Shown: positions 1 through 12,198, numbered from the stretch's first letter. The stretch: 64,000 nucleotides of DNA from Mobula hypostoma (GCF_963921235.1 NC_086109.1:2666001-2730000); one strand, 5' to 3'. Translations and numbers: made by a program. The notes: a model not told the origin generated them from the letters alone.

Positions 1-602
1 AAATGGGAATGTAGAAAATGAATCTTTAGTGACATATTGCATTTCATGGTTTTATATGCTTGAAGCATGCTTTCAACCAAGCAACATGTAGTTTGGTGCT
101 CTGTAGATGCCGAGAAAAATTTCAACAATTTCCTTAAATGCCTTCCATGTGATTTTCTCCGGTCCCACTAGAAATTCTTCAAATTGCCTGTCATTGATGA
201 CCTGTTTCATTTGTGGACCAACAAAAATGCTTTCCTTAATCTTGGCATCAGTTATTCTGGGAAGCATCTGTCTCAAATATCATAATCCTTCATAGAAATT
301 TTTGTGCCTGGTGATAGCAAATTCCAACCTTACAGTCCTGAACCCAATAACTATTACTAAAACCTGTCCTGCCATGCAGCAGACACGGTGCCCAAGCATG
401 CCTGGATAAGATAGGAAACTTTCCAGCTTACATTGTAGGCAACATTTTAATTGACTTGAATTATGAATTGAAATAATAAACATAAATTTATTAAAAAATG
501 GTGTGTGATAGGGAAATTTCATGGTGATTTTCATGATCAGTAGCCGAAAATTCATAAGATACACCTAAAGTATTCAGGAAGCAACATCTTTGTTTTCCAG
601 TG
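1..602 (-). mobile_element. Decayed DNA transposon end with transposase fragment (Chapaev3/CMC-like, tentative)
   Basis: ORF 73..276 'DAKIKESIFVGPQMKQVINDRQFEEFL...WKAFKEIVEIFLG' resembles a widespread transposase segment I associate with Chapaev3; the minus strand starts CACTGGAAAACAAAGATG at 602, like a TIR. Family assigned from memory. Confidence 0.5.
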
Positions 603-743
603 TAATTTTTGTGTGAGAGAGAGGTTGGGGGTTTGTTACTACTGTCACTGTTTGTTTCTGCGAGTGAGGGGTTCGGGGACTGTTATTGTGGCTGTTTTTG
701 CTGTGGGGGCGATTTTGAGGTCTGCGAGTCCTGTTTCTTTTTT

Positions 744-2655
744 AGAACATAATATAAGAACATAAGAAATAGGAGCAGGAGTCAGCCATCCAGCCCATCG
801 AGCCTGCCCCGCCATTCAATAAAATCATGGCTGATCTGTCCGTAAACTCAGCTCCATCTACCTGCTTTTTCCCCATAACCCTTAATTCCCTTACAATGTA
901 AACATCTGTCTAACTGCATCTTGAATGGTTAAGTGAATAAGCCTCAACTGCTTCCCTGGGCAGAGAATTCCACAGATTCACTACTCTCTGGGAAATACAG
1001 TTTCTCCTCATCTCTATCCTAAATCTTCTCCCCTGAATCTTGAGGCAAAGTCCCCTAGTTCTAGTCTCACCTTCCAATGGAAACAACTTTTCTACTTCTA
1101 TATTATCTATCCCTTTCAAAATTTTGTATGTTTCTATAAGATCCCCTCTCATTCTTCTAAATTCCAGAAAGTATAGTCCCAGGCGACTTAATCTCTCCTC
1201 ATAAGTTAACCCCTTCATCCCTGGAATCAACCTGGTAAACCTCCTTTGCACTGCCTCCAAAGCCAGTATAACCTTCCTCAAGTATGGAGACCAGAACTGC
1301 ACACAGTACTCCAGGTGCGGCCTCACCAGTACCCTGTATAGTTGCAACATGACCTCCCTGCTCTTGATTTCAATCTCTCTAGCAATGGCCAACATTCCGT
1401 TTGCCTTCTTAATAACTTGTTGTACCTGCAAGCCAACTTTTGCGATTCATGAACAAGCGCTCCCAAGTCCCTCTGCACAACAGCATGCTGCAATATTTCA
1501 CCATTTAAATAATAATCTGCTCTTCTATTATTCCTTCCAAAGTGGATGATTTCGCATTTACCAACGTTGTATTCCATCTGCCAGAACTTGACCCACTCAC
1601 TTAACCTATCAATATCCCTCTGCAGACTCTCCACATCCTCTGTACAATTTGCTTTTCCACTCAGTTTAGTGTCATCAGCAAATGTTGCTACGCTACACTC
1701 AGTCCCCTCTTCCAAACCATCAATTGAAATGGTAAACAGCTGCGGACCCAGCACCAACCCCTGCGGCACCCCACTCACCACTGACTGCCAACCGGAGAAA
1801 CACCCATTTATACCAACTCTCTGCCTTCTATTGGTTAACCAATCCACTGTCCATGCCAATACACTTCCTCCGACTCCATACATCCGTATCTTACTTATAA
1901 GTCTCTTGTGCAGCACCTTATCGAACGCCTTCTCGAATTCCAAGTATATGACATCCACCTGTTCCCCTCTATCCACTGCACTCATTATGTCCTCAAAGAA
2001 CTCCAGTAAGTTTATCAAACAGGACCTGCCCTTCCTGAATCCATGCTGTGTCTGTCTAATGGAACCATTCCTTTCCAAATGTTTCGCTATTTCTTCCTTA
2101 GTGACAGCTTCAAGTATTTTCCCAACTACAGATGTTGAGCTAACTGGCCTATAGTTGCCCGTCTTTTGCCTACATCCTTTTTTTTAAAAAGTGGCGTGAT
2201 ATTTGCTGGCTTTCAATCCGCTGGGACCTGCCTAGCATCTAGAGAGTTTTGATAAATTAATATCGACGCATCTACTATAACCTCCGCCAATTCCCTCAGC
2301 ACCCTGGGATGCATCCCATCAGGACCAAGGGACTTATCTACCTTCAGGCCCTCTAGTTTGCTCATCACTATCTCTGTAGTGACAGTGATCTTATTGAGGT
2401 CTTCACCTCCTATTTTGTCCATAACATCCTTCTTTGGCATATTAGACGTGTCCTCCACCGTGAAAACCGACACAAAACAGTCATTCAATTCCTCAGCCAT
2501 TTCCCTATTACCCAATATCAATTTCCCCTTCTCGTCTTCCAAGGGACCTACATTGACTTTAGCCACCCTCTTCCGCTTTATATATTTATAAAAACTTCTG
2601 GTATCTGTTTTTTTATTTTGTGCTAATTTACTTTCATACTCTGTCTTCCCTTTCC
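744..2655 (-). mobile_element. CR1 LINE, 5'-truncated, frameshifted ORF2 (RT and C-terminus)
   Basis: ORFs 2213..2566, 1323..2078 (QHGFRKGRSCLINL, FEKAFDKV, GVPQGLVLGP, FADDTKL) and 910..1431 (LVRPHLEYCVQFWSP); AGAACATA-type tail at 744-770. Confidence 0.93.
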
Positions 2656-2659
2656 TTAT

Positions 2660-3730
2660 TTCAGAATCAGAATCAGAATCTTATGCCAAGTATGTGGACA
2701 CATACAGGGAATTTGATGCTGGTTTCCCTGAGCTCTCGCTGTACAGAATCAAAAAGCAAACAAAACAAGAGTGCAAATAATCGTGAACTATATACAATGA
2801 GGTATACCCGCGTATGTACAGGTGGACTAGGTTTATAATAGACTAAAATTCAAGTGTTCATAAGCATACGGAAAGAAACTGTTCTTGTACCTATTTGTCC
2901 TGGCATACAGTGATCTAAAGCGCCTACCAGAAGGAAGGAGCTGGAACAGGTGATGTCCAGGGTGTGATGGGTCTACAATGATGCTGCTTGCTCGCTTCCC
3001 GACTCCAGATGCATATAAGTCCTGGATCGAGGGCAGCTTCACACCAATAATCCTTTCCGCAGCCCTGACGGTTCTTTGGAGTCTATTCTTGTCTTGTTTG
3101 GTAGCTGATCCAAACCAGACAGTGATGGACGAACAGAGAGCAGACTGGATTATTCCTGATTAGAATTGAATCAGCAGCTCCTGAGGCAAGTTGTACTTCC
3201 TGAGTTGACGTAGGAAATACAATCTCTGCTGAGCCTTTTTGATAAGAGTGTCCGTGTTGGGAGTCCACTTCAGGTCCTGGGAGATTGTGACACCCAGAAA
3301 CCTGAAGGTCTCCTCAGCAGACACAATACTGTTGAGTATAGTGAGTGGGGGGAGTACTGGGGAGCTCCTCCTGAAGTCCACTGTCATCTCCACAGTCTTG
3401 AGCGTATTTAGCTCCAGATTGTTCTGACCACACCAGAGGGCCAGCCGTTCCACCACCTGTCTGTATGCAGACTCATCACCCTCTCGGATATGGCCAATGA
3501 CAGTTGTGTCATCTGCAAACTTCAGGAGTGGTGCAGTGAGGTGCAGTCATTAGTGTAAAGGGAGAAGAGCAGTGGGGAGAGCACACATCCCTGGGGGGCA
3601 CCAGTACTGATTGTCCGGGTGCTAGAAATGATGCTCCCCAGCCTCACTTGCTGCACCCTGTCAGTCAGGAAGCTTGTGATCCACTGACAGATGGCGGGGG
3701 AGACAGTGAGCTGGGTGAGTTTGGAGTTTC
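2660..3730 (-). mobile_element. Rex1/Babar-type LINE 3' fragment
   Basis: ORFs 3160..3456 (WCGQNNLELNTLKTVEMTVDFRR...QRLYFLRQL) and 2833..3042 (LLPSGRRFRS...NSFFP); (CAGAAT)n tail at 2661-2680. Confidence 0.85.
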
Positions 3731-3735
3731 TTGTT

Positions 3736-4371
3736 TAGATTTTAGATTAGATTATGAGGATATGCAGTCCTCTTTTATTGTCATTTAGTAATGCATGCAT
3801 TAAGAAATGATACAATATTCCTCCAGTGTGATATCACAAAACACAGGACAGACCAAAACTGAAAAAACTAACAAAACCACATAATTATAACATATAGTTA
3901 CAACAGTGCAACAATACCATAACTTGATGAAGAACAGGCCATGGCACAGTAAAAAAGTTCAAAGTCTCTCAAAAATCCCACATCTCACGCAGATAGGAGG
4001 AGGAAAAAAACTCTCCCTGCCATGCCCAACCACAGTCCGGCTCTGAGTCATCCAAAAACTTTGAGCCTCCGATCAGCCCTTCGACACTGAGTACCGAGCA
4101 CCATCTCTACCCGAACGATTCGACCTCAGTCTCGGTTGCCAGCAGCAGGCAAAGCCGGGGATTTTGAGGCCTTCCCTCTGGAGGATTCTTGATCACGCAG
4201 TAACAACGGCAGCAAACTGGCGTTTCAGAAATTTCTCCAGGTGTTCTTCTGTGCTTTCACGTCTGTCTCCATCAAATCAGAATTGTCCACGGCCCCTATT
4301 TAACGGATACGATATCATTTTCACCGGAGAGTTGCGTGCGCGCGGCACGCTGCTATCACCTCCTCCCGCCT
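3736..4371 (-). mobile_element. Non-autonomous retroelement (SINE-like or deleted LINE) with (TCTAA)n tail
   Basis: (TTAGA)n at 3736-3752 on plus; CpG-rich distal end near 4330-4371; no ORF; sharp boundaries against flanking LINE pieces. Confidence 0.55.
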
Positions 4372-4594
4372 CCTAATTGTTCTTTGTTGCTTTTTAAAGT
4401 TTTCCCAATCCTCCAGTCTCCCACGACTCTTTGTGACTCTGTACACATGAGCTTTTAATTAGATACTATCTTTTATTTCCTTATCACCCAATATCAATTT
4501 CCCCTCATTTTTTTCCAAGGGACCTACGTTGACTTTAGCCACCCTCTTCCGCTTTCTATATTTATAAAAACTTTTGCTATCTGTTTTTACATTT
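4372..4594 (-). mobile_element. CR1 ORF2 fragment
   Basis: About 110 bp at ~4480-4594 is a diverged copy of CR1 sequence at ~2505-2625. Confidence 0.7.
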
Positions 4595-4834
4595 TCTCAT
4601 GCAAGGGTTGGGTGGGAGTTGATCTCTTTTCTTTCATCAATACCCATGGTCTTTCTGTATGTAGTGGCCATCTGGAGTGGACGGATATCAGAGCTGTATT
4701 GTACATGCATACTTTGATTATAAACTGAACCTTTGATCCATGTGCTTAACTCTATCCAGTAGATTGAAGGCTGGTGAAAGACAATGACAGGGAAAGTTGG
4801 GGTCTCTCCTGTCGACCGAGGCCAAGTCATTGGG

Positions 4835-5027
4835 TGTATTTAAGGCAGAGATTGATAGGTATCTGAGTAGCCAGGGCATCAAAGGTTATGGTGAGAAAGC
4901 AGGACAGTGGGACTGAATGGGAGAATGGATCAGCTCATGATAAAATGGTGGAGAAGACCCGATGGGTCGAATGGCTGACTTCTGCTCCTTTGTCTTATGG
5001 TCTTATGGTCTTATGGTCTTATGGTCT
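4835..5027 (+). mobile_element. CR1 3' end with (TCTTATGG)n tail
   Basis: Closely matches the 3' end of the CR1 at ~21570-21760; tandem TCTTATGG units at ~4993-5025. Confidence 0.88.
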
Positions 5028-5250
5028 AAATACAGGTGTACACCAGGACTCCCTCGAAATCCAGAGGCACACCAGGACTCCCTCTAGATCCAGACGCACA
5101 CTGGGACTCACTCTAAATACAGAAATATACACCGGGATACCCTCCAGATACAGAATCAGACAATGGGATTCCCTCTAAATACAGGGATGTACACCAGGAC
5201 TCCCTCTCAATACAGACTTGCATATTGGGCCTCACTCTGAATACAGAGGT
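5028..5250. repeat. Degenerate minisatellite, ~29-31 bp unit (AAATACAGRxGTACACCAGGACTCCCTCT), ~7 copies
   Basis: Recurrent 'aaatacag...acacc(a/g)ggactccctct' blocks. Confidence 0.75.
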
Positions 5251-5329
5251 GTACATCGGGTGAATGCTAAACCATCTTATACATTTAAAAACAAGGGGAG
5301 AACTTGAAAGAGAATAAGTCAACTCATGG

Positions 5330-5830
5330 ACAAAGAAAGGGATTTATGACTGGAGCAGAGAAGTGGGTGAGGTACTGATCAGTGCACTCATATTCACCAA
5401 GAAGGCCATGGTGGAGAGCGAGATCAGGCTCGAGTACTGTATACTAATAGTCCAGGCACCTTGCTATGAAGGAGGACGAGGTGTAGGGTCTTTCGAAAAT
5501 CTTTGAGGTGGATAAGTCCCCAGGGCTCACTGGGATATATCCCAAGTTATTCACAAAGGCAACAGATCCTGAATGGGTGAAGAACAGTCAATGCTTTCCT
5601 TTATTTAGGGAAGGCAACAGGGACAGATCATTATATTATATACCAGTGACTCTTACATCAGTGGAGAGGATATTATTGGAGAAATTCCTGGTAGTGGGAT
5701 TTTATCCCCTCTGGAAAAGTACAGACTTATTTGGATAGTCAGCCCGGCTCTGTGTAGGGGAGGTCATGTCTTACAAACTAGGTAGAGGTTTTTGAGGAGG
5801 TAACAAAAGATGATTGTTGTGGGTAGGGCT
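5330..5830 (+). mobile_element. Heavily decayed CR1 ORF2 fragment
   Basis: ORF 5508..5738 'DKSPGLTGIYP...PVTLTSV' plus a GRSCLTNL-like remnant near 5755-5800. Confidence 0.65.
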
Positions 5831-5859
5831 GTGAATGTTGTACACAGGGACACATTATT

Positions 5860-6185
5860 CTCCAGAACACGATGGCTGCAGTGTGCACCATGGACAAAAT
5901 AGACTGCCTTTGCTCAACCAGGCTGCTCCAACATCACCTCCCAAACCCACCACCTTTACCATTGAAGATGTGGCGGGGAACGCAGCCACCTGTAGATTCC
6001 CTTCCATGTCCCACACCATGCTGGCTGGGAAATTTGTCAGTGGCCCTTCACTGTCACTGGGCATAAATCCTGGAAATCTCTCCCCTACGGGAGCACCTTC
6101 ATCAGATGGACTGCAGTAGGTCAAGAGGCAGCTCAACCCCACCTTCTCTGGGGTAACTGAGGATAGGCAGTAAATGGTGGCAATG
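5860..6185 (+). mobile_element. Old CR1/L2-like LINE 3' region
   Basis: '...cctcccaaacccaccacc...ttcccttccatgtcccacaccatg...aaatcctggaa...ggactgcagtaggtcaagaggcagctc' matches a common elasmobranch LINE 3' end recalled from memory. Confidence 0.5.
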
Positions 6186-6229
6186 ACTCACAACCAGATG
6201 TGTAGAATGTACAGAGTAACCCCCTCTGG

Positions 6230-6660
6230 TCCCAATGGCCCTCCCTGTATCTGTAATCCCTTCTGGTCCCAATACCCCTCCCTATCTCTGTAAACCTCTC
6301 TACTCCTATACCCCTCCCTATCTGTGTAAGCCTCCGGTCTCTATAGCTCTCCCTCCATCTGTACACCACTCTGGCCTCTATATACCTTTGTCTGTAACCC
6401 TATCTGGCCCAACACTGTCTCTGTAAACGGCTCTGGCCCTTATTCCTTCCCTATCTCTGTAACCCCCTCTGGCTTCTATAGCCGCCCCTATATCTGTATT
6501 CCCCTCTCTCCTCCATACCCTGATCTCTGTAACCCCCTCTGGCCGCTGCACGCCTCGTTATCTCTGCCACTCCTCTTGCCCTTATCCCTCACTATCACTA
6601 CAAGCTCTACTGGCCTCTCTACCCCTCCCTCTCTACAACCCCCTCTGGCGGGTGTACCCC
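6230..6660. repeat. CT-rich degenerate minisatellite (CTCTGTAACCCCCTCTGGCC core, ~35-40 bp)
   Basis: Repeated 'tatctctgtaaccccctctggc' cores. Confidence 0.7.
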
Positions 6661-6847
6661 TCCTGATGTATATAATTCCCTCCAGCCCACAAACATGACA
6701 TAGAACAATAGAATGGTTTAGAAAAAACTATTATAATATTTTATAATATAGCAGACGACCTTTGAACTTTTAGATTTAAACAGTAAATAAAATCAAACAA
6801 CTGCACAATCTGGAAATCTAAAGCTAAAACAGGAAGTGCTAGAAACA

Positions 6848-6937
6848 CTAAAGGGGGTGTCTTTGAGCTGGGCTGCTCCTCAGTTGGTTGTTGCAACCAC
6901 ATCTGATCCATTCCACAAACCCCTTGTCAACGCCAAC
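6848..6937 (-). other. Candidate downstream exon (coding tail or 3'UTR) of IgV receptor gene 1
   Basis: Strong acceptor ctctgctctctgtcccacag|G at 6938-6940; phase-0 reading VGVDKGFVEWIRCGCNNQLRSSPAQRHPL*; no independent support. Confidence 0.3.
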
Positions 6938-7199
6938 CTGTGGGACAGAGAGCAGAGGTGAGGGGTTCCATCAGTCAGTGAGCCACCTACAGACATGATC
7001 TAGTCACCCACACCCATCCCCTTGCCCTGCCTTCACCCCGACCAAACACCAATGGACCCCTCAAACGGCCCACACCTCTTTCTGGTAACACCAATCTAGG
7101 AGCCACCATTTCACAAGATTTAGGCATTCTCATTCTTCAACCTCACACCCTCTCATTTATGACAAATCCAAAACAGAATTACATCGGGTGCTTATACAC

Positions 7200-7615
7200 T
7201 GCACCCCAGTGACTGGGTGTCTGGGACAGTGAATCCCAGTGATTTGGTGTGTGGGGGACAGTGCACCCCGGTGACTGGGTGTATGGGGGACAGTGTACCC
7301 AGTGACGGGGTGTATGTGGGGGACAGTGTACCCCAGTGATGGGGTGTGTGTGGGGGACAGTGTACCCCAGTGACGGGGTGTGTATGGTGGACAGTGTACC
7401 CAGTGACGGGGTGTGTGTGGGGGACAGTGTACCCCAGTGATGGGGTGTGTGTGGGGGACAATGTACCCCAGTGACAGGGTGTGTATGTGGGACAGTGTAC
7501 CCCAGTGACTGAGAGTGTGGGGACAGTTTACCCAGTGAGTGGGTGTGTGGGGACAGTGTATCCTGTAGTGAGATATGTGGGGGATGGTTTACCCCAGTGA
7601 CTGGGTTTCAGGGGA
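7200..7615. repeat. Minisatellite, ~30-33 bp unit (GTGACKGGGTGTGTGGGGGACAGTGTACCCCA), ~13 copies
   Basis: Clear tandem recurrence of 'gggacagtgtaccccagtga'. Confidence 0.9.
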
Positions 7616-7682
7616 CATAATACACTCATGACGGTGTGTCTCAGTCCTGGGTAATTTGTGCATGTGGATGTTTTTGTTACAA

Positions 7683-8720
7683 TAAGACCATCAGACCATA
7701 AAACACAGGAGCAGGATTAGGCCTTTTGACCCATTGAGTCTGTACTTCTATTCAATCATGGCTGATCCTTTTCTTCCCCCCCCCCCACCAGCCCCAGTAC
7801 CCCACCCGCCCCAGTCCCCCATCCTCTCTCTCTAACCTTTGATGCTATGGCCAATCAAGAACCTATCAATCTCTGCCTTAAATACACCCAGTGACCTGGC
7901 CTCCACAGCTGCCTGTGGTAACAAATTCCACAAATGTACCGCACTCCGGCTGAAAAAATTTCCCTGCAGCTCTGTATTAAATGGATGGCCCTCTACCTTG
8001 AAGCTGTGCCCTCTTGTCCTAGACTCCACCATCATGGGAAACATCCTTTCCACATCTACTCTGTCTTGACCTTCCAACATTCAAAAGATTTCAATGAGAT
8101 CCCACCTCATCCTTCTAATTTCCAGTGAGTACAAACCCTGAGGCATCAAACGTTCCTCATAAGATAATCCTTTAATTCCTAGTATCATCCATGTGGACCT
8201 CCTCTGAACCCACTCCATTGCTAGCACATCTTTTCTCAGATAAGAAGCCCAAAACTGTTCACAATACGCATGGTGAGGCCTTACCAGTGCCTTATAAAGC
8301 CCCAGCATCACACCCCTGCTCTTGTAATTCTAGACCTCTTGAAATGAATTCTAACACTGCATCTGTCTTCCTCACCACAACTCATCCAGCAAGCTAACTT
8401 TTAGGGTGTTCTGCACAAGGGCTCGCAAGTCCCTTTCCATCTCAAATTCTACACATTTTCTTCTACTGCCAAAATGCATGACCATGACCATTGTATTTCA
8501 TTTCCCACTTTCTTGCCCATTCTCTTAATCTGTCTACATCCTTTCGCATCCCTTCTGTTTCCTCAACACTACCTGCCCCTCCACCAATCTTCGTATCATT
8601 TGTAAACTTGGCAACAAAGCCATCTATTCCATCATCTGAATCATTTATATGCAGCATAAAAAGAAGTGGTCCCAACACTGACCCCTGCACAACACCACTA
8701 GTCACTGGCAGCCAGCCACT
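7683..8720 (-). mobile_element. CR1 3' portion, decayed
   Basis: ORFs 8463..8705 (GVVQGSVLGPLLF...KFTNDTK), 8081..8311, 7832..8080; AAGACCAT-type tail near 7683-7700. Confidence 0.88.
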
Positions 8721-8724
8721 CCCC

Positions 8725-8990
8725 CTTTTCCTTCTCCCAGGGCCTCCTGTCCCATGTTCCTCTCATATCCCTTTTGCCAATCACCTGTCCAGCTCTTGGC
8801 TCCATCCCTCCCCCTCCTGTCTTCTCCTATCATTTTGGATCTCCCCCTCCCCTCACACTTTCAAATCTCTTACTAGCTCTTCCTTCAGTTAGTCCTGACG
8901 AAGGCTCTCGGCCTGAAATGTCGACTGTACCTCTTCCTATAGATGCTGCCTGGCCTGCTGCATTCACCAGCAACTTTGATGTGTGTTGCA
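8725..8990 (+). mobile_element. Penelope-like element terminal repeat (pLTR) remnant
   Basis: CT-rich body ending 'gtcctgacgaaggctctcggcctgaaatgtcgactg...gatgctgcctggcctgctg', the typical PLE-type end. Confidence 0.7.
8890..8927 (+). ncRNA. Minimal type I hammerhead-ribozyme-like motif (degenerate)
   Basis: tagtc-CTGACGA-agg(ctctcgg)cct-GAAA-tGTC-gactg: stem I agtc/gact, stem II agg/cct, core boxes present; GAAAT instead of GAAAC. Confidence 0.55.
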
Positions 8991-9555
8991 GAAAAGGATG
9001 CTTTTATTCCCACTCACTACCTGCTATCAATCCGCAAATGCCAGTAACTTTCCTGCAATGACATGGGCTCTTAATTTGGTAAGCAGTCTCATGCGTGGCA
9101 CCTTATGAATTGCCTTTTGAAAATCCAAATATACAACATATACTGCATCCCTTTTATCTATCCTACCTGTAATCTCTTCAAATAATTCTAACAGGTTTGT
9201 CAGTCAAGATTTTCCCTTATGGAAACTACGCTGACTTTGTCCTAATTTGTCCTGTGTCATCAAGTTCTCTATAACCTCATTCTTAACTATTGACTTCAAC
9301 ATCTTCCCAACCACTGAGATCAGGCTGACTGGTCTGTAATTTCCTTTCTGCTGCCTCCCTCCTTTCTTAAAGAGTGGAGTGACTTTTGCAATTTTCCAGT
9401 CCTCCGGAACCGTGCCAGGGTCCAATGATTCCTGAGAGATTATTACCAATGCCTCCACAATCTCTACTGCTACCTCTTTCTCCTGTTATTATACCTCCGG
9501 TCTCATTTTCTAGTGATGCTCCTTCTACTCTCATCTCTCTTATATATTTAATATA

Positions 9556-11183
9556 TGGTTAAGATTTTTACTGCTATGCTGTAGGTGTTTCATTTTAGCA
9601 GTTCTGTAAGAGCAGTCTGTTCTGCTTTTATCCTGCTTGGGTTTCGGCTGAGACAAGTTGTTTAACTTAGGAATGTGGTGTCAGCCAATCAAGAGGCTGG
9701 AATTGGAAGAAGGTTCTAGAGAACGCTTTGCGGTGAGGTTTTAGTGATGGAAACTGGAGTGGGTCGAGGTCTTTTTGGCAAGTGCTGGGATAAGAGAGGA
9801 GAGAAGACGACTGAGTTTGCCATCCCTGTTGCACAAGGCACTTTGTGCAGATGAATGACTTCAAGGAGGAAGGACCAATACTGCCACCAGAGAGCCCATT
9901 TATTTGAGATGGATTTCGAGTGACATTTGGAAGATGGTATGTGCTTTTATGCAGTCTGAGGGTCTAAAGTGTGAGTTAAAGACTTCAAGATGAGCTCCAA
10001 TTTATGTGTACATTTGACTGTTTAATTATTATGGACCCTTAAGTTTTTTCTTTCTTTCTGTTAGTAACTGTTTGGTTAAGTTTTATAGGATGAAAAACTG
10101 GGCTGAGAAGTGGCAGATGGAGTTCAACCCAGAAAAGTGTGAGGTGGTTCATTTTGGTAGGTTAAATATGATGGCAGAATGTAGTATTAATGGCAAGACT
10201 CTTGGCAGTGTGGAGGATCAGAGGGATCTTGGAGTCTGAGTCCATAGGACATTCAAAGCTGCTGTGCAGGTTGACTCTGTGGTTAAGAAGGCATACAAAG
10301 CATTAGCCTTCATCAATCGTGGGATTGAGTTTAAGAGCCAAGAGGTAATATTGCAGCTATATAGAACCCTGGTCAGACCCCACTTGGAATACTGTGCTCA
10401 GTTCTGGTCGGCTCACTACAGGAAGGACTTGGAAGCCATAGAAAGGATGCAGAAGAAATTTACAAGGATGTTGCCTGGATTGGGGAGCATGTCTTATGGG
10501 AATAGGTTGAATTAATTCAGCCTTTTCTCCTTGGAGCGACGGAGGATGAGAGGTGACCTGATAGAGGTGTACTAGATTGTGAGAGGAATTGATCGTGTGG
10601 ATAGTCAGAGGCTTTTTCCCAGGGCTGAAATGGCTGCCACAAGAGGGCATAGTTTTAAGGTGCTTGGAAGTAGGTACAGAGGAGATGTCAGGGGTAAGTT
10701 TTTTTACGCAGAGAGTGGTGAGTGCGTGGAATGAGCTGCCGGCGGTGGTGGTGGAGGTGAAATTGATAGGGTTTTTTAAGAGACTCCTGGATGGCTACAT
10801 GGAGCTTAGGAAAATAGAGAGCTATGGGTAAGCCTAGGTAGTTCTAAGATAGGGACATGTTTGGCACAGCTTTGTGGGCCAAAGGGCCTGTATTGTGCTG
10901 TAGGTTTTCTATGTTTCTAAGTTAACATTCTTAAGTATACTTTCTTTACAATTGTATGCAGTGTATGGTATGTTATTTCTTGCTGATGGATGATTACATG
11001 GGAGCAGTAAGTTACACAAATCGGGGTTCAGGTGAGTGAGAGATCCCAACCTCATGGATTTGGTGAGACCCAGGTCATATCTACCCTTGACAGACGGAGT
11101 CTGAGAAAGGTGGTTTTCTCACAGCTCAGTCCGAGGGGATAACAAGCCATATCTCTAGATACACCCAGTAAAAAGGGGTTTCA
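9556..11183 (+). mobile_element. Solo LTR (Gypsy-type), itself split by a young CR1 3' fragment
   Basis: TG at 9556, GGGGTTTCA at 11183; TATA TSD at 9552-9555 and 11184-11187; shares 'tgagctccaa' and 'aattgtatgcagtgta' motifs with the LTR at 50205. Confidence 0.75.
10083..10917 (+). mobile_element. 5'-truncated CR1 inserted in the solo LTR
   Basis: ORFs 10264..10515 and 10589..10831; TTTCTATG tail; TAAGTT duplicated at 10077-10082 and 10918-10923. Confidence 0.88.
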
Positions 11184-12198
11184 TATACTTGATAAAGCTT
11201 CTTCTATCCACCTTGATATTGTTTGCTAGCTTGCTTTCATATGTCATCTTTTCCCTCCTAAAGTTTCTTTTAGTTGCTTTCTATGGGTTTTTAAAAGCTT
11301 TCAATCTCTGCCTTCCTGCTAATTTTTGCTTTGTATGCCCTCTCTTTGATTTCTTTTGTCAGCCACAATTGTACTTTTTTGCCATTTGAGTATTTCTTTG
11401 CTTTTGGAATACATCTATCCTGCACCTTCCTCATTTTCCCAGAAACATACACCATTGATGCTCTGGTGTCATCCCTGCCAGCATCTCCTTCCAATTTACT
11501 TTGGCCAATTTCTCTCTCATACCACTGTAATTTCTTTACTCCACTGAAATACTGCTACGTCAGACTTTACTTTCTCCCGATCATATTTCAAGTTGAACTC
11601 AGTCATATTGTGATCACTGCCTCCTAGGGGTTTCTTTACCTGAAGCTCCCTTATCGCCTCTTGTTCATTTCATAACTCCCACTCCAATACAGCTGATCCC
11701 CTAATAGGCTCTCTAAATGATCTCTTCAGGACTTCATCACATTCTCTTCATATGTTACTGGTACCACTATGTACCAAGACATTTGCTTGTTCTCCCTCCC
11801 AATCCAAAATACTGTGGATGCAATCTGAGACATCCCTGACCCTGACACCTGGGAGGCAACATGTGTACATCCAAAAAATCTCCTGTTGGTTCTTCTGACT
11901 ATTGAGTCCCCTATCACTACTGCTCCCCCTTTCCTCCTTATTCCCATCTACACCATGGACCCATGCTCAGTGCTAATATCCTGGTCCCTGGCCTTTCCCG
12001 CCTTGCACCCGATTTGTCTCCCTGGAGTGCGCTTCCCCTTGGGCCTCCATAAAGGGTGAAAGTGATGGTCTGTGAGAGTCCCCAGTGAGGTCACTTCTGC
12101 GGTCACTCTTTGTGTTCTGTCTGGGGCAGTATGTAATGACTGGATTGCACCAGTTTGTACCACATGCTCAAGGAGATCTGTTTTTTTTGTGAGAATGC

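Larger units (their letters stand above)
8995..12190 (-). mobile_element. Old CR1 (ORF1 and ORF2 remnants) split by a solo LTR
   Basis: ORFs 9204..9458 (GNYRPVSL), 11291..11494, 11726..11947 (VVIGDSIVR, ORF1 esterase motif); sequence is continuous across the LTR at 9556-11183. Confidence 0.8.

Noticed and set aside
7200-7615. Regularly spaced ~30-bp repeats resembling a CRISPR array
   Set aside because: Eukaryotic context, no unique spacers, no cas genes; it is a minisatellite (same for 31690-31940).
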